A DNA stretch of 64,000 bases from positions 2,418,001 through 2,482,000 of the forward strand of contig CATNEN010000012.1 of NCBI GenBank assembly GCA_950097015.1, given 5' to 3'. The position numbers and the translations under genes were made by a program. Positions within the stretch are counted from its first letter, which is position 1, and every line of letters starts with the position of its first letter. Shown here piece by piece: positions 60,770 through 64,000 of the stretch. The DNA is from Macrostomum hystrix (lineage: Eukaryota; Animalia; Platyhelminthes). The notes beneath the pieces were generated by a model. That model was not told the DNA's origin. It did no database searches and saw only the letters and a list, made by a program, of their open reading frames with translations.

Positions 60770-63595
60770 AGCACAGTGGGTGAGCACAGGAATCGGTAGG
60801 TGTGTCAGTGAGTGAGCACAGGAATCGGTAGGTGTGTCCGTCAGTGAGCACAGGAATCGGTAGGTGTGTCCGTCAGTGAGCACAGGAATCGGTAGGTTTG
60901 TCCGTCAGTGAGCACAGGAATCGGTAGGTGTGTCCGTCAGTGAGCACAGGAATCAGTAGGTGTGTCAGTCAGTGAGCACAGGAATCGGTAGGTGTGTCCG
61001 TCAGTGAGCACAGGAATCGGTAGGTGTGTCAGTGAGTGGGCACAGGAATCGGTAGGTGTGTCAGTGAGTGAGCACAGGAATCGGTAGGTGTGTCAGTCAG
61101 TAAGCACAGGAATCGGTAGGTGTGTCAGTCAGTGAGCACAGGAATCGGTAGGTGTGTCAGTGAGTGGGCACAGGAATCGGTAGGTGTGTCAGTGAGTGAG
61201 CACAGGAATCGGTTGGTGTGTCAGTGAGTGAGCACAGGAATCGGTAGGTGTGTCAGTGAGTGAGCACAGGAATCGGTAGGTGTGTCAGTGAGTGAGCACA
61301 GGAATCGGTAGGTGTGTCAGTGAGTGAGTACAGGAATCGGTAGGTGTGTCAGTGAGTGGGCACAGGAATCGGTAGGTGTGTCAGTGAGTGGGCACAGGAA
61401 TCGGTAGGTGTGTCAGTGAGTGGGCACAGGAATCGATAGGTGTGTCAGTGAGTGGGCACAGGAATCGGTAGGTGTGTCGGTCAGTGAGCACAGGAATCGG
61501 TAGGTGTGACAGTCAGTGGGCACAGGAATCGGTAGGTGTGTCAGTGAGTTGGCACAGGAATCGGTAGGTGTGTCAGTGAGTGAGCACAGGAATCGGTAGG
61601 TGTGTCAGTGAGTGGGCACAGGAATCGGTAGGTGTGTCAGTGAGTGGGCACAGGAATCGGTAGGTGTGTCAGTGAGTGAGCACAGGAATCGGTAGGTGTG
61701 TCAGTCAGTGAGCACAGGAATCGGTAGGAGTGTCCGTCAGTGAGCACAGGAATCGGTAGGTGTGACAGTCAGTGGGCACAGGAATCGGTAGGTGTGTCAG
61801 TGAGTGAGCACAGGAATCGGTAGGTGTGACAGTCAGTGGGCACAGGAATCGGTAGGAGTGTCCGTCAGTGAGCACAGGAATCGGTAGGTGTGTTAGTCAG
61901 TGAGCACAGGAATCGGTAGGTGTGTTAGTCAGTGAGCACAGGAATCGGTAGGTGTGTCAGTCAGTGAGCACAGGAATCGGTAGGTGTGTTAGTGAGTGAG
62001 CACAGGAATCGGTAGGAGTGTCCGTCAGTGAGCACAGGAATCGGTAGGTGTGTCAGTCAGTGAGCACAGGAATCGGTAGGTGTGTTAGTGAGTGAGCACA
62101 GGAATCGGTAGGAGTGTCCGTCAGTGAGCACAGGAATCGGTAGGTGTGTCAGTCAGTGAGCACAGGAATCGGTAGGTGTGTTAGTGAGTGAGCACAGGAA
62201 TCGGTAGGAGTGTCCGTCAGTGAGCACAGGAATCGGTAGGTGTGTTAGTGAGTGAGCACAGGAATCGGTAGGTGTGTCAGTCAGTGAGCACAGGAATCGG
62301 TAGGTGTGTCAGTGAGTGGGCACAGGAATCGGTAGGTGTGTCAGTGAGTGAGCACAGGAATCGGTAGGTGTGTCAGTCAGTGAGCACAGGAATCGGTAGG
62401 AGTGTCCGTCAGTGAGCACAGGAATCGGTAGGTGTGACAGTCAGTGGGCACAGGAATCGGTAGGTGTGTCAGTGAGTGAGCACAGGAATCGGTAGGTGTG
62501 TCAGTCAGTGAGCACAGGAATCGGTAGGTGTGTCAGTGAGTGGGCACAGGAATCGGTAGGTGTGTCAGTCAGTGAGCACAGGAATCGGTAGGTGTGTTAG
62601 TGAGTGAGCACAGGAATCGGTAGGAGTGTCCGTCAGTGAGCACAGGAATCGGTAGGTGTGTCAGTCAGTGAGCACAGGAATCGGTAGGTGTGTTAGTGAG
62701 TGAGCACAGGAATCGGTAGGTGTGTCAGTCAGTGAGCACAGGAATCGGTAGGTGTGTTAGTGAGTGAGCACAGGAATCGGTAGGTGTGACAGTCAGTGGG
62801 CACAGGAATCGGTAGGAGTGTCCGTCAGTGAGCACAGGAATCGGTAGGTGTGTTAGTCAGTGAGCACAGGAATCGGTAGGTGTGTTAGTCAGTGAGCACA
62901 GGAATCGGTAGGTGTGTCAGTCAGTGAGCACAGGAATCGGTAGGTGTGTTAGTGAGTGAGCACAGGAATCGGTAGGAGTGTCCGTCAGTGAGCACAGGAA
63001 TCGGTAGGTGTGTCAGTCAGTGAGCACAGGAATCGGTAGGTGTGTTAGTGAGTGAGCACAGGAATCGGTAGGAGTGTCCGTCAGTGAGCACAGGAATCGG
63101 TAGGTGTGTCAGTCAGTGAGCACAGGAATCGGTAGGTGTGTTAGTGAGTGAGCACAGGAATCGGTAGGAGTGTCCGTCAGTGAGCACAGGAATCGGTAGG
63201 TGTGTTAGTGAGTGAGCACAGGAATCGGTAGGTGTGTCAGTCAGTGAGCACAGGAATCGGTAGGTGTGTCAGTGAGTGGGCACAGGAATCGGTAGGTGTG
63301 TCAGTGAGTGAGCACAGGAATCGGTAGGTGTGTCAGTCAGTGAGCACAGGAATCGGTAGGAGTGTCCGTCAGTGAGCACAGGAATCGGTAGGTGTGTCAG
63401 TGAGTGAGCACAGGAATCGGTAGGTGTGTTAGTCAGTGAGCACAGGAATCGGTAGGTGTGTCAGTCAGTGAGCACAGGAATCGGTAGGTGTGTCAGTCAG
63501 TGAGCACAGGAATCGGTAGGTGTGTTAGTGAGTGAGCACAGGAATCGGTAGGAGTGTCCGTCAGTGAGCACAGGAATCGGTAGGTGTGTTAGTCA
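60770..63595. repeat. 2.8-kb 32-bp minisatellite (gagcacaggaatcggtaggtgtgtcagtgagt)
   Basis: gagcac at 60782 and 60814 (period 32); about 88 units. Confidence 0.98.
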
Positions 63596-64000
63596 GTCAG
63601 AAATTAAGGTTTGAAGGCAAACAAGCAGCTGGTCATGTGTAATATCGCTAATGATACAGGACCCTAAATCCTTGTTGCTCTGATATGCATTTCAGTGTGG
63701 TAGCAAGCGTGTATTGTTCTTGTCAGTCTATATATTTATTATTAGCTAATCAAAAATGTAGAAAAGCAGGTTTTCCATCGCTCTGTATTGCTTGGACCGT
63801 CCGCATAGCAACACAGACTGATCTAGTGTCTGGCGCATGACGTGGCGGTAACTAAAGGGGAAAGAAATTATTGACAAGCTTGTAGATAGAAAGCGTGCAT
63901 TATACTGTTGCGCTGAGAATCAAATTGGAATTTTTCAGCATCTTTGCGAGCAAAACTCGCAGAGAAATTAAAAAAAGCATAGGCGTCTTACTTAAATTTG

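Overview
This is eukaryotic (metazoan invertebrate) genomic DNA, not prokaryotic. GC-rich coding islands with GT-AG introns sit in AT-rich spacers. An innexin, minisatellite-filled introns and general style suggest a flatworm such as Macrostomum, but that is inference only. Ten protein-coding genes are supported: ENPP4/5-like (4 exons), SLC46/PCFT-like MFS, TM7SF3-like (5+ exons), GRXCR-like, a BTB protein, an innexin, a ~1370-aa low-complexity probable nuclear protein, an orphan 4-TM protein, an SLC16-like MFS (3 exons) and a TMEM196-like protein (3 exons). About 21 kb (a third of the window, by hand summation) is tandem repeat from ~19 mostly unrelated minisatellites, several with higher-order structure. 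Mobile elements: a Buster/Charlie-type hAT MITE family (4 copies, two with perfect 8-bp TSDs) carrying an internal expanding 16-bp array, three Mutator-like MITEs with 9-bp TSDs, and four tRNA-headed SINEs from three families. Most ORFs in the supplied track are repeat-derived or antisense artefacts. No CRISPR, rRNA or intact tRNA gene was seen. All coordinates and splice models were derived by eye and need RNA-seq confirmation.
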